Virus record (IMG/VR): IMGVR_UViG_3300044911_002386
Span: 1 to 64,000 of that record
Source: a virus
Reading direction: 5' to 3' (one strand)
Length of the DNA: 64,000 nt
Shown piece by piece: positions 18,157 through 27,816 of the stretch (position 1 is the stretch's first letter; every line of letters starts with the position of its first letter). The position numbers and the translations under genes were made by a program. The notes below the pieces were generated by a model, which was given only the letters and a program-made list of their open reading frames with translations, did not search any database and was not told the origin of the DNA.

Positions 18157-18542
18157 TAGTAACGCCTCACATCACGGCTAGACTCGGTGTAATAGGTCGT
18201 ATGGTCAACAACTATCCGGCCTGTTTTAGTTGTAATTTTGATAGTGCCTTCGCCGCCTTCGTTGTTTTCGAATCCAACGGGCAGCAGTTCCCACAATTCA
18301 CGCTCGACGTCTTTAAGCGTAAAACCGCCGGTGAACACGGTCGTCACGTCCGAGAAATGAAATTCTTCTTCTTCGTTGGCGATAGAAAATTCAAAGTCGC
18401 TGCAGCTGTCGCCGGAACCTGAGTATGTTACGCACATACTTTTCCATCCGGCAGCGTACAGCTCTTTGCAGTATTTTTTGATTTTCTGCGCGTGGTCTAT
18501 AGCCGGAGCTTTGCCGATTATTTTACGCAGTTCAAGCTCCAT
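18156..18542 (-). CDS. DUF6878-like protein (second copy)
   Basis: YSGSGDS...GFENNEGGEG; start moved to ATG 18542. Confidence 0.7.
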   Translation of the reverse strand: MELELRKIIGKAPAIDHAQKIKKYCKELYAAGWKSMCVTYSGSGDSCSDFEFSIANEEEEFHFSDVTTVFTGGFTLKDVERELWELLPVGFENNEGGEGTIKITTKTGRIVVDHTTYYTESSRDVRRY

Positions 18543-18561
18543 ATCCCGTTCGGTGCCCTTT

Positions 18562-19092
18562 TTAGTAGGAGGCGAGGACGGTGCAGGGCTCTCCAGTTTC
18601 TTTTTCTTTTCTTTCGGCAAGTGCGACAAACTCCCTAAACGATTTTGTAACTTCGTAAATATAGTCTTCCCCGTCTTCCGGGTAGAGCGAATTGCAGCGC
18701 AGGCGAATCGCCTCCTCGACAGACATAGGTGCGGTGTGTACGTTTCCGCTGTGGGCGCCAGAGATTGTTACCGGTTCTTTATCCTCGCTGCCGTTGTGTA
18801 TTTTTTTGAGCAGTTCCGGAAGCAGCATCGCTAGCATGTCACCGCCCTCGACGCCCCGGGCTGGCTCTGTGACGCATTTGAGCCGCATCCGCATCGTGGC
18901 GGCAGGGATCTGGGCTTCGCATTCGCTAGCCTCAAACGCCTCACGCACCAAAATCTTTGTCGCATATGGCCCGCCGTGATAGGCCTCTCGCAGGTAACCG
19001 ACGTTGCCAGAAGTTGTGGAGTAGCCCGTTATTTGATTTTGCTTCTCTTCATCAGTCATACCGGGCCACTTTAAATAGATGTCAATTCCCAT
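18562..19092 (-). CDS. Phage hypothetical protein
   Basis: MGIDIYL...GYLREAYHG...VLASY; start moved to ATG 19092. Confidence 0.75.
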   Translation of the reverse strand: MGIDIYLKWPGMTDEEKQNQITGYSTTSGNVGYLREAYHGGPYATKILVREAFEASECEAQIPAATMRMRLKCVTEPARGVEGGDMLAMLLPELLKKIHNGSEDKEPVTISGAHSGNVHTAPMSVEEAIRLRCNSLYPEDGEDYIYEVTKSFREFVALAERKEKETGEPCTVLASY

Positions 19093-19333
19093 CAGTTTTG
19101 CCCTCGTTATTCTTGGCTTCAGTTTCGCGGGCACAGGCCTCAAGCCAGCCTTCGCGCGTCGCCTCGCTCACGTCTACAGACGCACCTACGTCTTCTCGTA
19201 GAAACTTGACATTTTCGGGTGTGCCGCCGTGGAGTCGTTCAGCGGCTGCTCGCTTTGCGTCGTCAGCGTTGGCCGCGATTACAACAAGTTCTTGGCTGTT
19301 CTGGTTGCTGACGCGGACATGGTAGTACTTCAT
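19082..19333 (-). CDS. Hypothetical protein
   Basis: 83-aa ORF, AAGGA RBS. Confidence 0.7.
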   Translation of the reverse strand: MKYYHVRVSNQNSQELVVIAANADDAKRAAAERLHGGTPENVKFLREDVGASVDVSEATREGWLEACARETEAKNNEGKTDGN

Positions 19334-19361
19334 TGTTCAAAATCCTTAACATTGTGGGTGT

Positions 19362-19398
19362 AAAACAAAAAGGGCGTCGAGTACATACTCGACGCCCT
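19362..19398 (-). terminator. Rho-independent terminator
   Basis: Inverted repeat AGGGCGTCGAGTA/TACTCGACGCCCT followed on the minus strand by TTTTGTTTT. Confidence 0.85.
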
Positions 19399-19431
19399 CC
19401 TTAGCGCGAACTTGTTAGTTGCCCGCCGAGA

Positions 19432-19758
19432 TCACTGGCAGCGACCGGCAGCACAGCAGCCGCGACGAACGCGAACCGCCCGAGCCGGAGCCGTCACAAC
19501 CTTGACAGGCACCTCAACAACCGCACGCGTAACGGTACGCGTCCGCTCGATCGTGCGACCGAACAGACCTGGACGGCACGTAGCACGGGTCGAACTTTCC
19601 GCACAACACGTACCTTGAGCACAAGCATTGCAGTCTGTAGCTGGAGCAGCGACGACCACGGGGGTCGGCTCCGGCGTCTTGACGAGAACACTTTCCTCGC
19701 CGGCGAGGCCGCAAGCGCAGAACAGAGCGAACGCAAAAGAAGCAATACAGGTCTTCAT
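19432..19758 (-). CDS. Small secreted Cys-rich protein, Planctomycete-like
   Basis: Signal peptide MKTCIASFAFALFCACGLA; CRPGLFGR; AAGGAG RBS. Confidence 0.7.
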   Translation of the reverse strand: MKTCIASFAFALFCACGLAGEESVLVKTPEPTPVVVAAPATDCNACAQGTCCAESSTRATCRPGLFGRTIERTRTVTRAVVEVPVKVVTAPARAVRVRRGCCAAGRCQ

Positions 19759-19851
19759 TACTAGAAATCTCCTTGAAAAATCGAACAACAAGGTGCACGC
19801 GTCCGTTGCGTGAACCGATCTTCTAACACAAACACACCGGGCGGTCCAGAG

Positions 19852-19875
19852 TGGGCTGAAAAATTTCAGCCCACC
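19852..19875. terminator. Hairpin downstream of vWA gene
   Basis: GTGGGCTGAA-AAAT-TTCAGCCCAC, about 20 nt after the stop; no U tract. Confidence 0.4.
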
Positions 19876-19893
19876 CCAGACTACCTAGTTTCC

Positions 19894-22800
19894 TTAGTCT
19901 CCGATCCCGACCAACTTCCGTTCTTGCTGCATTGCGTTTCTGAGGAAACGCACAATTTGCGGCAAGCACTTCGCGACATCGTTGACAAACACAACGTGCT
20001 TGTCGCCATACTGTCGCTTAAAAGCACCCTGCTGCGTACCGTGCACGCCAACAGCGAACGCATATGTGCTGATCTTGAGGCGCTCACGTGTGAATTTGCA
20101 CACGCTCGTGACATGCTTTTCAGCAGTTTCACCGCCGTAGCCAGAACCAGCTGGCAAACCGTCGGCAATTACAAACAAGTACTTCTTTTTAGCCTGATCC
20201 TCTGACAGCCGTTTTGCTACATCTTTGATAGCGTAGCCGTCGTAATTGTTGGAATGTGCACGAATACCGCCGAGCCTGGTTAAATTTTCACCGTCGCGCG
20301 GCGTATAGTGCTCAAAAATAGTCATTGAGTCGGCACCAAACTCATTAGCAGTGTGACCGTAAACATACAAACGCACTCCCGCGATCTTTCTGACCGCCTC
20401 GGCGAGCATAATGCAGATGTCACGGGCACTGTTGATTTTGGGGCCTGACATGCTACCAGACTGGTCAACGAGTAAACCGACTGCCACGTCGGGCAGTTTG
20501 CTTATCGTCTTTTGCGACCAGATATGTTCGCAGTCGTAATCCAACTTATGCAGGCTGCCCTCGTCGAGATCGCCGGACAATAAGCCGTGAACTTCAACGC
20601 TGCGGCGGCCCGCCTGGAACTGCAATGCACTCCGAATACGTGCAATAGCGTTTTTGTTTTTCGTACGTACGATTTGCACAGTCTTTTGGCTGTCACCGAG
20701 GCGACCACTTTCTTCGCGCACCCGTGCCTTTGGTTTTGTAGAATCGCTGTTGTTTAAATACGCAACATACTCTTCTTCTTGGGCGTTGCTGGCCTCGTCA
20801 TTAACGTGACCGATAGCGTCGCCAGTCAAAACCTTGGTCTTAGCCTCAACCTTTTCGCCGAACAAACCACCGTCAACCGGACTAAATGCCGCATGTGCGG
20901 CCCCCATCTTTTCATTAACGTTTTCCGCGGTCTTTTCTGCAGCACTGCTGTCTTTGGCGGAACCCCTGAGCGTATTCAATGCCCGAATTAACTTTTCCAT
21001 CGTATCTAGGTCGAGCTTGGGCGCGGCTATCGCGTTACGGCGCTCTATCGGTTCCAGCCCGCTTAACTTTGACAGAAAGCCGCCCGACAGCGTCTCAAGC
21101 AACTGTGCGAGAAATCCAACGTCGGAGATTGCCTCGTGGCCCATGGTATTTTCTACGGCCACGGGCACAGCCGCTGATTTAGGCAGGTCATCATGTTGCA
21201 TCGCCTGGCTCAACTCGCGAACCAAGTTCCGCAGCAGTCCACTAGTGTGCAACTCATAGTTGTCATAAAACGTATGTGCAGCACGACTATTAAGTGCCGA
21301 CATTACGGATCTGACTGCGTTAAGCTGTGTTACCAGTTTGTCTGACGTACGACACTCCGCGACAAGATTCTCAGAATGCTCGATGCGCGGCAGATTGTCT
21401 TTGATTGTCTGAATATAAGTGGAAACACCCTCAATAAGTTTATTTAACAACGCTGTTGCACACACTTTTTCGCCGTGTAACGTGGGGCCGGCCGCAACGT
21501 CATTTCGCAGTTTTTCAAGTTTTGCTTGAATCTCTACGAACTTTTCTCGCTGGGTTTCAAAATGAGTTTTTGCCCCGTGAATTGCCTCTTGAACTTCTGT
21601 CTTGTTTGGGCCGTGAAGCGTCTTAGCTGCGGCTTTTGCCTTTTTAACAAGATCTTCTAGCAGGCTTTGGACTTTTTCGACGTCCTTTTCGGTCGGCGCT
21701 GTACTCATTAATTCGGCGTGCAGTTTATCGAGATTCGGTACAAACTCGCGAGCTTCTGCCACACCCGCTTTTTCCAAAGCCTCTATTGCCTGCGGCCGAG
21801 CCTGCAGCGCGTAGGCTATTTGATGCCGCAGCGTGTCAACGGTTGAACGCTTGGCGGCGGGGGTGAGATGCTCGTCGGCACAACTAGACTTAACACTTTC
21901 AAGCTGCTTATCGAGCGACTTAATCGCTTTGATTAACTGCTCAATAGACTGCTCACCACGCGCCTTGCTGCCTGCCCGTGCCAACAATTCTTCTTGCTCG
22001 TTGCTTTTTGCCAACCCGTTGCGCTGCTGCTCTGCAATATCGCCCATACCCTCGCCGAGACAGGTCAGCATATCCTTCATTGCACTGGCACCAGTACTCG
22101 TCTTACTCTGCTCTTCTTGTGCCTGCTTGAACATATCCTGCAGGGCGTTTTCAATATCGCCTGCGGGGGCATCTTCGTTTTCTTTATGCAACAAATCGCT
22201 GATGTCGTGTACAAGCTTCTGACACGTCTCAAGCAAGTTTGCCGGCTCGACCTCGGCACCCAAATGCTTTGACGCGAGTTCGGCTACTTGCTCTGGAATG
22301 GCTAGCGGGTCCTCATCAGCGATCATGTTGTAAGCCAGCCGGCCTACAATCGCTTCTAACGACGGTTCTGCCTTTTCCAGGTTTTCACGTACCGTAATAA
22401 ACTTTTTCGCGTGACGCACGAAGTAGGGCGCGAAACCACCCCAGTCTGACACCACCGTACGGCGAGCCAGCCGCGTGAGCATGCTTTTTGCAAGCATTCC
22501 AGCCAGGTAGTACTCGGTTGTAGCGAGTGCCATTTTCTTGGCGTCTAACTTGCTAAAATTTGCGTCATTTGCGAAAAATTCTTTGGCCGCGTGAAAGCCA
22601 ATCAATTGCAGACCTGTGCCGTTAATTGGTCCCAGCACGTCAGGAGTGATATCCTGCGAAATCTGCACACGAAGCAATACAAACCCTGTAAGTGCGTCGA
22701 CAATCGCGTCTTCGACTTCGGCCGTATCGCTCGCCAGCAGGTCGTCGGGCGACACAAAAACGACACGCTGTTTGTTGTCGTTTAATGCGTCGGTGACGCC

Positions 22801-23316
22801 GTTGCTGTCAGAGCCCTGGCTAAACTGCACAGCAAATGACGTCTTATTTTGACCAGTCTTATCGACAATCGTATTGGCACTGCGTGTCAGGTTGCGCAGT
22901 GCACGGATCGCCTTGTTCTGTGCGTCGCTGTCTGTACCGTAAGCAAATGACGTACGACTAGAAAACGTCGAACGAAACAAGCTAGAAGGCGAGTAATCGA
23001 CATTGCGACTATATCGAAAACTGTTTCGGCGATACCAGTCCATGTCCGAATCGTCAAACGACTCGCTGTAACTGTAGCCGCTGTATCCGTATCCGCCGTA
23101 ATCAGAACCCGCGCGATCATCGGCAGCATAATCGCCGTAAGAGGAATAACCGCCTGACTTTTCAGTGTGAAAACCAATTGGTCCGTGTTCGTCGCCGTCG
23201 TCTTCAATAGATCGATAATCTGGATTTGGCCGAGGACCGCGAGGCTTCTTAGCCTCGTCGGTATCCTTTTCGGCTTCGTAGTTGCCCCACAGAGACTTCC
23301 ACTTTTTATCTGCCAT
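19894..23316 (-). CDS. Large vWA-domain protein (CobT/NorD-like), partner of the AAA+ ATPase
   Basis: SGDLDEGSL, MIDAS DQSGSM, NYDG, IADGLP; central coiled coil; Tyr/Ser/Gly-rich N-terminus. Confidence 0.9.
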   Translation of the reverse strand: MADKKWKSLWGNYEAEKDTDEAKKPRGPRPNPDYRSIEDDGDEHGPIGFHTEKSGGYSSYGDYAADDRAGSDYGGYGYSGYSYSESFDDSDMDWYRRNSFRYSRNVDYSPSSLFRSTFSSRTSFAYGTDSDAQNKAIRALRNLTRSANTIVDKTGQNKTSFAVQFSQGSDSNGVTDALNDNKQRVVFVSPDDLLASDTAEVEDAIVDALTGFVLLRVQISQDITPDVLGPINGTGLQLIGFHAAKEFFANDANFSKLDAKKMALATTEYYLAGMLAKSMLTRLARRTVVSDWGGFAPYFVRHAKKFITVRENLEKAEPSLEAIVGRLAYNMIADEDPLAIPEQVAELASKHLGAEVEPANLLETCQKLVHDISDLLHKENEDAPAGDIENALQDMFKQAQEEQSKTSTGASAMKDMLTCLGEGMGDIAEQQRNGLAKSNEQEELLARAGSKARGEQSIEQLIKAIKSLDKQLESVKSSCADEHLTPAAKRSTVDTLRHQIAYALQARPQAIEALEKAGVAEAREFVPNLDKLHAELMSTAPTEKDVEKVQSLLEDLVKKAKAAAKTLHGPNKTEVQEAIHGAKTHFETQREKFVEIQAKLEKLRNDVAAGPTLHGEKVCATALLNKLIEGVSTYIQTIKDNLPRIEHSENLVAECRTSDKLVTQLNAVRSVMSALNSRAAHTFYDNYELHTSGLLRNLVRELSQAMQHDDLPKSAAVPVAVENTMGHEAISDVGFLAQLLETLSGGFLSKLSGLEPIERRNAIAAPKLDLDTMEKLIRALNTLRGSAKDSSAAEKTAENVNEKMGAAHAAFSPVDGGLFGEKVEAKTKVLTGDAIGHVNDEASNAQEEEYVAYLNNSDSTKPKARVREESGRLGDSQKTVQIVRTKNKNAIARIRSALQFQAGRRSVEVHGLLSGDLDEGSLHKLDYDCEHIWSQKTISKLPDVAVGLLVDQSGSMSGPKINSARDICIMLAEAVRKIAGVRLYVYGHTANEFGADSMTIFEHYTPRDGENLTRLGGIRAHSNNYDGYAIKDVAKRLSEDQAKKKYLFVIADGLPAGSGYGGETAEKHVTSVCKFTRERLKISTYAFAVGVHGTQQGAFKRQYGDKHVVFVNDVAKCLPQIVRFLRNAMQQERKLVGIGD

Positions 23317-23319
23317 TAA

Positions 23320-24783
23320 TTAGGCTCCCTTGCTGGTCGCCGCCGCCTGGGCCGCGATCAGGTCACCAAACTTGCCCTGAATAATGCTCTGCACCTTGAC
23401 GCGCTCGGAATCGTCGTCGCCTTCGGGAGAGAAATGGTTTGTGATTGTAAACTGCAGGGTGTCAACGCCGCCCAGCACAAAGTCGTGGGCTGCCGCGATC
23501 AACTGCCGGGTAGACAGGCTTTCCGTCAGCGTAGCCGACAGTCCAGTCGAATCTTGCCGGATCTTGTTAGCCATCTGTACGAGCCGCGACGCAATGTCCT
23601 TGGTTACGCCAGTACGGTTAACAAGCAACTTTACCTCGTCGCTTTCGGCAAGATACGTCAGTTCGACGGCACGCGGGAAACGATCTCGAATCGCACGGTC
23701 GAGTGCCGACGTACCGGTATAGCCGGCGCCCTCGTTCATCGACGCAAAGAACACCGTACCCGGCCCGACGATGATCTTGTCGCCCTTCTCCTCAAGGTAT
23801 GTAAACCGGCGGGCGTCCAGAATCGGCATCAACGTATTGAGCAGATTCGGATTTGCACGGTTAAGCTCGTCGAGCAGGATGACGTGGTTGCCGTTCTGCA
23901 CCGCACGCACAAACTGCGACTCATGCCAGAACACGGTGCCCTCGCGGGCAGACTTGTACCCGAACCAGTCGCGAGCCTCACGGAGATTAGCGCAGTCCAT
24001 GATCAGCAGCGGCCGATCGTGTCGGGCTGCAAACTGGATGGCCAGTTCAGTCTTACCGCAACCATGTGGTCCGATAAGATTAACATTTTGCGGGCACTTT
24101 TTGCTGGACGTTTCCAGAATTCCAAACAGGCGCTCGATTTGCGGGTTAATGATGTACGTCGTGTCAGACTTCGGATAAAAGACGCCGTGCTCTTCGTCCT
24201 TTTCCTTTTCGGCTTCCGCACTAACCACACCGAGCTTTGGAGACTCCTTGGTCATCCGGGCGAAGCCGTAATCGTTACCCGCAACCGGCGTTCCAAACGA
24301 CATTTCGGCCGCCTTCTCTGCGGCGGCAATTGCCTTGGGGTGACCGTTAATGAACCAGCCGTACTTTCGCTCGTTCATGATCGAGTTCACAGCCCGCTTG
24401 TTCAAGTTAATAACAGCCACTGCACGACCCATCCAGTCAGAACCTGGGCAGCCGTCGGCAGCGTTGAATTCGTCTACAAGTGCCTGAAGGGAGTTACGCT
24501 GTTTCTCCCACATCGAGCCGGACAGCGTATCGATCATCGCGACGAGCACGCCATAGGCGACCGATTCGCCGGACACTGCGTCGCTATCAGAGGCAGACCC
24601 GTTCTCGATTACCCAGTCCTTTAACTTCTTGGCAGTCGTGCCTTCAGCGCTGATAAGTTCGTTTGGAACAACGCTGACAGCCACTTCAATATCTTCGCGG
24701 TTATAGTGATTCGCGGCCATACGACCACGGTTGCTCGGCATAAAACCAACAGCGTCAGCGTCTTCGTTCACGTACAGGTACAT
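23320..24783 (-). CDS. MoxR/CbbQ/CobS-family AAA+ ATPase
   Basis: Walker A GPHGCGKT, Walker B ILLDELNR, ASMN, LDRAIRDRF, STR. Confidence 0.93.
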   Translation of the reverse strand: MYLYVNEDADAVGFMPSNRGRMAANHYNREDIEVAVSVVPNELISAEGTTAKKLKDWVIENGSASDSDAVSGESVAYGVLVAMIDTLSGSMWEKQRNSLQALVDEFNAADGCPGSDWMGRAVAVINLNKRAVNSIMNERKYGWFINGHPKAIAAAEKAAEMSFGTPVAGNDYGFARMTKESPKLGVVSAEAEKEKDEEHGVFYPKSDTTYIINPQIERLFGILETSSKKCPQNVNLIGPHGCGKTELAIQFAARHDRPLLIMDCANLREARDWFGYKSAREGTVFWHESQFVRAVQNGNHVILLDELNRANPNLLNTLMPILDARRFTYLEEKGDKIIVGPGTVFFASMNEGAGYTGTSALDRAIRDRFPRAVELTYLAESDEVKLLVNRTGVTKDIASRLVQMANKIRQDSTGLSATLTESLSTRQLIAAAHDFVLGGVDTLQFTITNHFSPEGDDDSERVKVQSIIQGKFGDLIAAQAAATSKGA

Positions 24784-24786
24784 GCG

Positions 24787-25095
24787 TTATTTCTTTTTCT
24801 TGTTTTGTTTATGCTCTTGAATGGCACAAACAATAGTGTTTTCAAAATCTTCCGGCGCAATGTAGTCGGCGCCGTTGAAATAATCTAAGACGTGTTGTGC
24901 CGTTTCTCGGTCAAACATGTCTTTAAACAACTTTACACCGCTGGCGGTTTCCAGGCGGTATTCGGTGATGTCGTGGAGGGTCACGACCTCTGGAATAGCG
25001 ACAACGTCTTTGTACGCCTCACGCAATTGAAATAATGCGTCTAAGGCGTCCAAAATACGTTCTTTGTCCTCGACGTATTTTTGGTCTGTGCTCAT
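24787..25095 (-). CDS. Hypothetical protein
   Basis: 102-aa ORF. Confidence 0.7.
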   Translation of the reverse strand: MSTDQKYVEDKERILDALDALFQLREAYKDVVAIPEVVTLHDITEYRLETASGVKLFKDMFDRETAQHVLDYFNGADYIAPEDFENTIVCAIQEHKQNKKKK

Positions 25096-25213
25096 TTAAT
25101 GGGCGGCACGGCCGGCATCGGCCAGCATAGCCGAAGCGAGAGAGAACCTCAAATACCGCGTGCTGGCCGGGCATAAACGCCTCGACCAGCGACGCGGCTT
25201 TGGGCTAAGAGGC

Positions 25214-25993
25214 TCAGAGAACGTCGGTCAGCTGCTGGTGCAGCTCCAAGACGTTACGTGCCTCTTCGTACGAATCGCCGCAGGCGGCGATAAATGCCTT
25301 TGCCGCTCGCAGATGAGCGACAGGCAGGGAGTCAGTGGTGTCGGCCGCGGGACGCACCTTATTGGCTGGCCGCTTCAGTTCCACGCCTTTGCGTGTGCTT
25401 ACGGCAGCACGGTGCTGCTCGGCGGTTTCAGCCGCCTTGGTCTTCCGCGGGTTACGACCCTTGGCACTAACGCCCGCCTTCTTTAAAAGCTGGCTTACTT
25501 GTGCTGGGCTAACCTTAACGCCCTTCTTCGTGAGTGCGTTAACAATGTCAACGCCGCGGAGAGATTCGCCAGCGGCGTTGCGCCGGTCAATCTCGTCACG
25601 GACGTAATCGGACATGCTCTTCTTCTTCTTATCAGCCATGGCAGTAACTACCCTCGTGGTCTTACTTGGTTCTTCGTCGGCGTCCACAGCGGAGTCGACC
25701 TCTTCGTCATCTTCCTCGTCGGCGTCGTCGCCGGTTTCGGAATCGAATCCGTCAGCGTCGTCATCGGCGCTGTCGTCTTCAACGTCATCACTTACCGCGG
25801 AACCAACAAGCTCAGCATCAGTGGGCTCGTCTTCGAGTTCCGCGTCGACGTCCGAGTCGATCTCATCATCAGGCAACATCCGTGTTTCCTTTTCCTTTGA
25901 AGTTTTTAGGGCTGGCGCCGGGCGGTTGCCAAGCGGTTTTCCCCAAAGATTTGCCGGGTTAATAATTTCTCCGGCTTCTACCTTTTTGGACAT
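25214..25993 (-). CDS. Acidic-basic bipartite putative DNA-binding protein
   Basis: D/E-rich N-half; KKSMSDYVRD...ALTKKGVKVSPAQVSQLLKK; AAGGAG RBS. Confidence 0.75.
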   Translation of the reverse strand: MSKKVEAGEIINPANLWGKPLGNRPAPALKTSKEKETRMLPDDEIDSDVDAELEDEPTDAELVGSAVSDDVEDDSADDDADGFDSETGDDADEEDDEEVDSAVDADEEPSKTTRVVTAMADKKKKSMSDYVRDEIDRRNAAGESLRGVDIVNALTKKGVKVSPAQVSQLLKKAGVSAKGRNPRKTKAAETAEQHRAAVSTRKGVELKRPANKVRPAADTTDSLPVAHLRAAKAFIAACGDSYEEARNVLELHQQLTDVL

Positions 25994-26085
25994 GACTACT
26001 CCTTGTTGCCGTCGGCAATGCCGACAACATCTACAATAGACCCAGAAAAACAGAAATCAATAGCCGACAAATTTTGCCGACTAGA

Positions 26086-26565
26086 TTAGCGATTTGAAGC
26101 AGCAACAAGGGCTCTAAGTGCTTCAAACGTACTGGTCGTTTGCACTACTTGTTGCTGCGGTGGCGGTACGGGCGTTGGTACCGGAAGGTTAGACGCCGTC
26201 GGTGCCCGACTGGCGGCGACATTCGGCGGGGCACCGCAATTTTCTGTACGCAGCAAGTCTTTGTTCAGATGCGGCCACAGTTCCATTGAGTGGATCGCCC
26301 CGAGCAGATTCCAGGCTGCATGTGCCAAATGTTCTTCACTGCGGTCACCGCCAAGAAAATTGTATATGTGTGCGATTGCGTGATTCAGCATGTCAGTAAC
26401 CGGCATGCCGTTCTCCCAGTTGCCGGCCCCAAATTTTTCCGCACCTTCAGCATACGTGCGTGCTAGAGCCCGCAGCCCAATCGGCGAAATCAAATCGTAG
26501 CGTACGTTATCGCAATCAGCACTTCGAACAGCGCCGGTGTCGTATTCATGACGATTATTGCTCAT
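26086..26565 (-). CDS. dATP/dGTP diphosphohydrolase-like (DUF5664)
   Basis: TGAVRS...RYDLISP...GAEKFGAGNWENG...EHLAHAAWN; start moved to ATG 26565. Confidence 0.85.
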   Translation of the reverse strand: MSNNRHEYDTGAVRSADCDNVRYDLISPIGLRALARTYAEGAEKFGAGNWENGMPVTDMLNHAIAHIYNFLGGDRSEEHLAHAAWNLLGAIHSMELWPHLNKDLLRTENCGAPPNVAASRAPTASNLPVPTPVPPPQQQVVQTTSTFEALRALVAASNR

Positions 26566-26863
26566 CGTGAGTCTCTGCGACGAAGGAGAAATAAAACCTG
26601 GGTGTATCAAGAAACAGCACTGTACCACGCTGGCCGTCTTTTTTACGGATTACGTAAACGTACGGTGCATCGAAAAAGGCGACCTCGAATATTTTTAGCA
26701 GTTCTTCGTCGGTCCACACTTCATCGGCGTACGCGTTTTCCAGCAGTGTCCGTATTTCGCCGCGCTCATACCTGCCGTATTGATGCGCCAGTATAGTTAC
26801 AAGTGCCTCGCGAGAACCGGTGAACGGAATAGATATTTTTTCCGGACATTTTTTATTGCTCAT
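26555..26863 (-). CDS. Conserved hypothetical protein
   Basis: VWTDEEL...FEVAFFDAPYV..IRKKDGQRGT..F...PRFYF. Confidence 0.8.
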   Translation of the reverse strand: MSNKKCPEKISIPFTGSREALVTILAHQYGRYERGEIRTLLENAYADEVWTDEELLKIFEVAFFDAPYVYVIRKKDGQRGTVLFLDTPRFYFSFVAETHDEQ

Positions 26864-27284
26864 TACGCTGTTGTTCGTCAGTGGGCTGATTTAATGCATT
26901 TAATTGATCGACTCGATCTTTAATGCGTTCTGCGAGCTCGGCGGCATACCGATCGAACATTTGCAATTGATTTACAAAGTCGCGTTGCACGTCTACGCTG
27001 AACGCTGCAATGCGTTTTAATAACGCTAAGAGGCCTGCGATGTACGGCGGCTGTTGCTGCCGCAACCGCAACAGACCCGCGGGCAAGTTTTCGGGTTGGT
27101 TTGTCCAGATTGGAATGATCGCCACGCCGGCAAGTTCTGGCACTGCCGTGAGGGCTTCGACACAAAAATCATCGCAACGCTTATAGAATTCGGCGTCAAA
27201 AGGCAGACGGGCTGGTTCTATCTGATTACTCTGATCGGGTGTCGGCTGACTGTCCATGATTGTCTCCAAAAGGGTCTTGTACAT
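26853..27284 (-). CDS. Hypothetical protein with coiled-coil C-terminus
   Basis: 143-aa ORF; start may be 27257. Confidence 0.7.
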   Translation of the reverse strand: MYKTLLETIMDSQPTPDQSNQIEPARLPFDAEFYKRCDDFCVEALTAVPELAGVAIIPIWTNQPENLPAGLLRLRQQQPPYIAGLLALLKRIAAFSVDVQRDFVNQLQMFDRYAAELAERIKDRVDQLNALNQPTDEQQRNEQ

Positions 27285-27621
27285 ATCGCATACGGGCTGG
27301 TAATAAGCCGTCTACGATGTTGCTCACGCGTGTTGCGGCGAGGCTGTAGATAATTAATCGTGCCGCCGCGGCCATCGTATCACCGAGCCAGACTCCCGCC
27401 AAGAGGGCGATGAAAAAATAGAATGGTACGTGATAACTCTTGCAAAACGGGCAATTCAGCAACTCAAGTAATTTGCCTTTTATCGAGTCTGGCGCTGTGA
27501 CGTCTTGCACAGCCTGCGAGTACGCCCGCAAATGGTCGAATATCGAGCCTTTGTGCCAGACCTCGATCACCGCACCAGTGGCGAAAATGACAGCAATAAA
27601 ATCGAGAAGTGTGAATGTCAT
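27226..27621 (-). CDS. DUF1360-like membrane protein
   Basis: IFDHLR...LLELLNCPFC plus transmembrane segments; ATGA overlap at 27618-27621. Confidence 0.7.
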   Translation of the reverse strand: MTFTLLDFIAVIFATGAVIEVWHKGSIFDHLRAYSQAVQDVTAPDSIKGKLLELLNCPFCKSYHVPFYFFIALLAGVWLGDTMAAAARLIIYSLAATRVSNIVDGLLPARMRYVQDPFGDNHGQSADTRSE

Positions 27622-27806
27622 TGGCGTTTCTTTTGCCGGGCTTTCTTTTCGCCGCGGCTGATAGCGTTTGTGGCGGTAAGCATGAAGTACATGGCGACAT
27701 AAATAGGAATTACAGCACCAGCACCAAATACCGGCCCGCACACCAAAGACGCCAGCAGCATTAGACCAGCGAGCGTAATAAACGAATTGGTGGGACTAGA
27801 GCTCAT
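27618..27806 (-). CDS. Small two-TM membrane protein
   Basis: Two hydrophobic segments and a basic C-terminal tail. Confidence 0.55.
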   Translation of the reverse strand: MSSSPTNSFITLAGLMLLASLVCGPVFGAGAVIPIYVAMYFMLTATNAISRGEKKARQKKRQ

Positions 27807-27816
27807 TTAATTTGTC

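Noticed and set aside
23434-24624. 396-aa plus-strand ORF
   Set aside because: Antisense shadow of the AAA+ ATPase with no motifs
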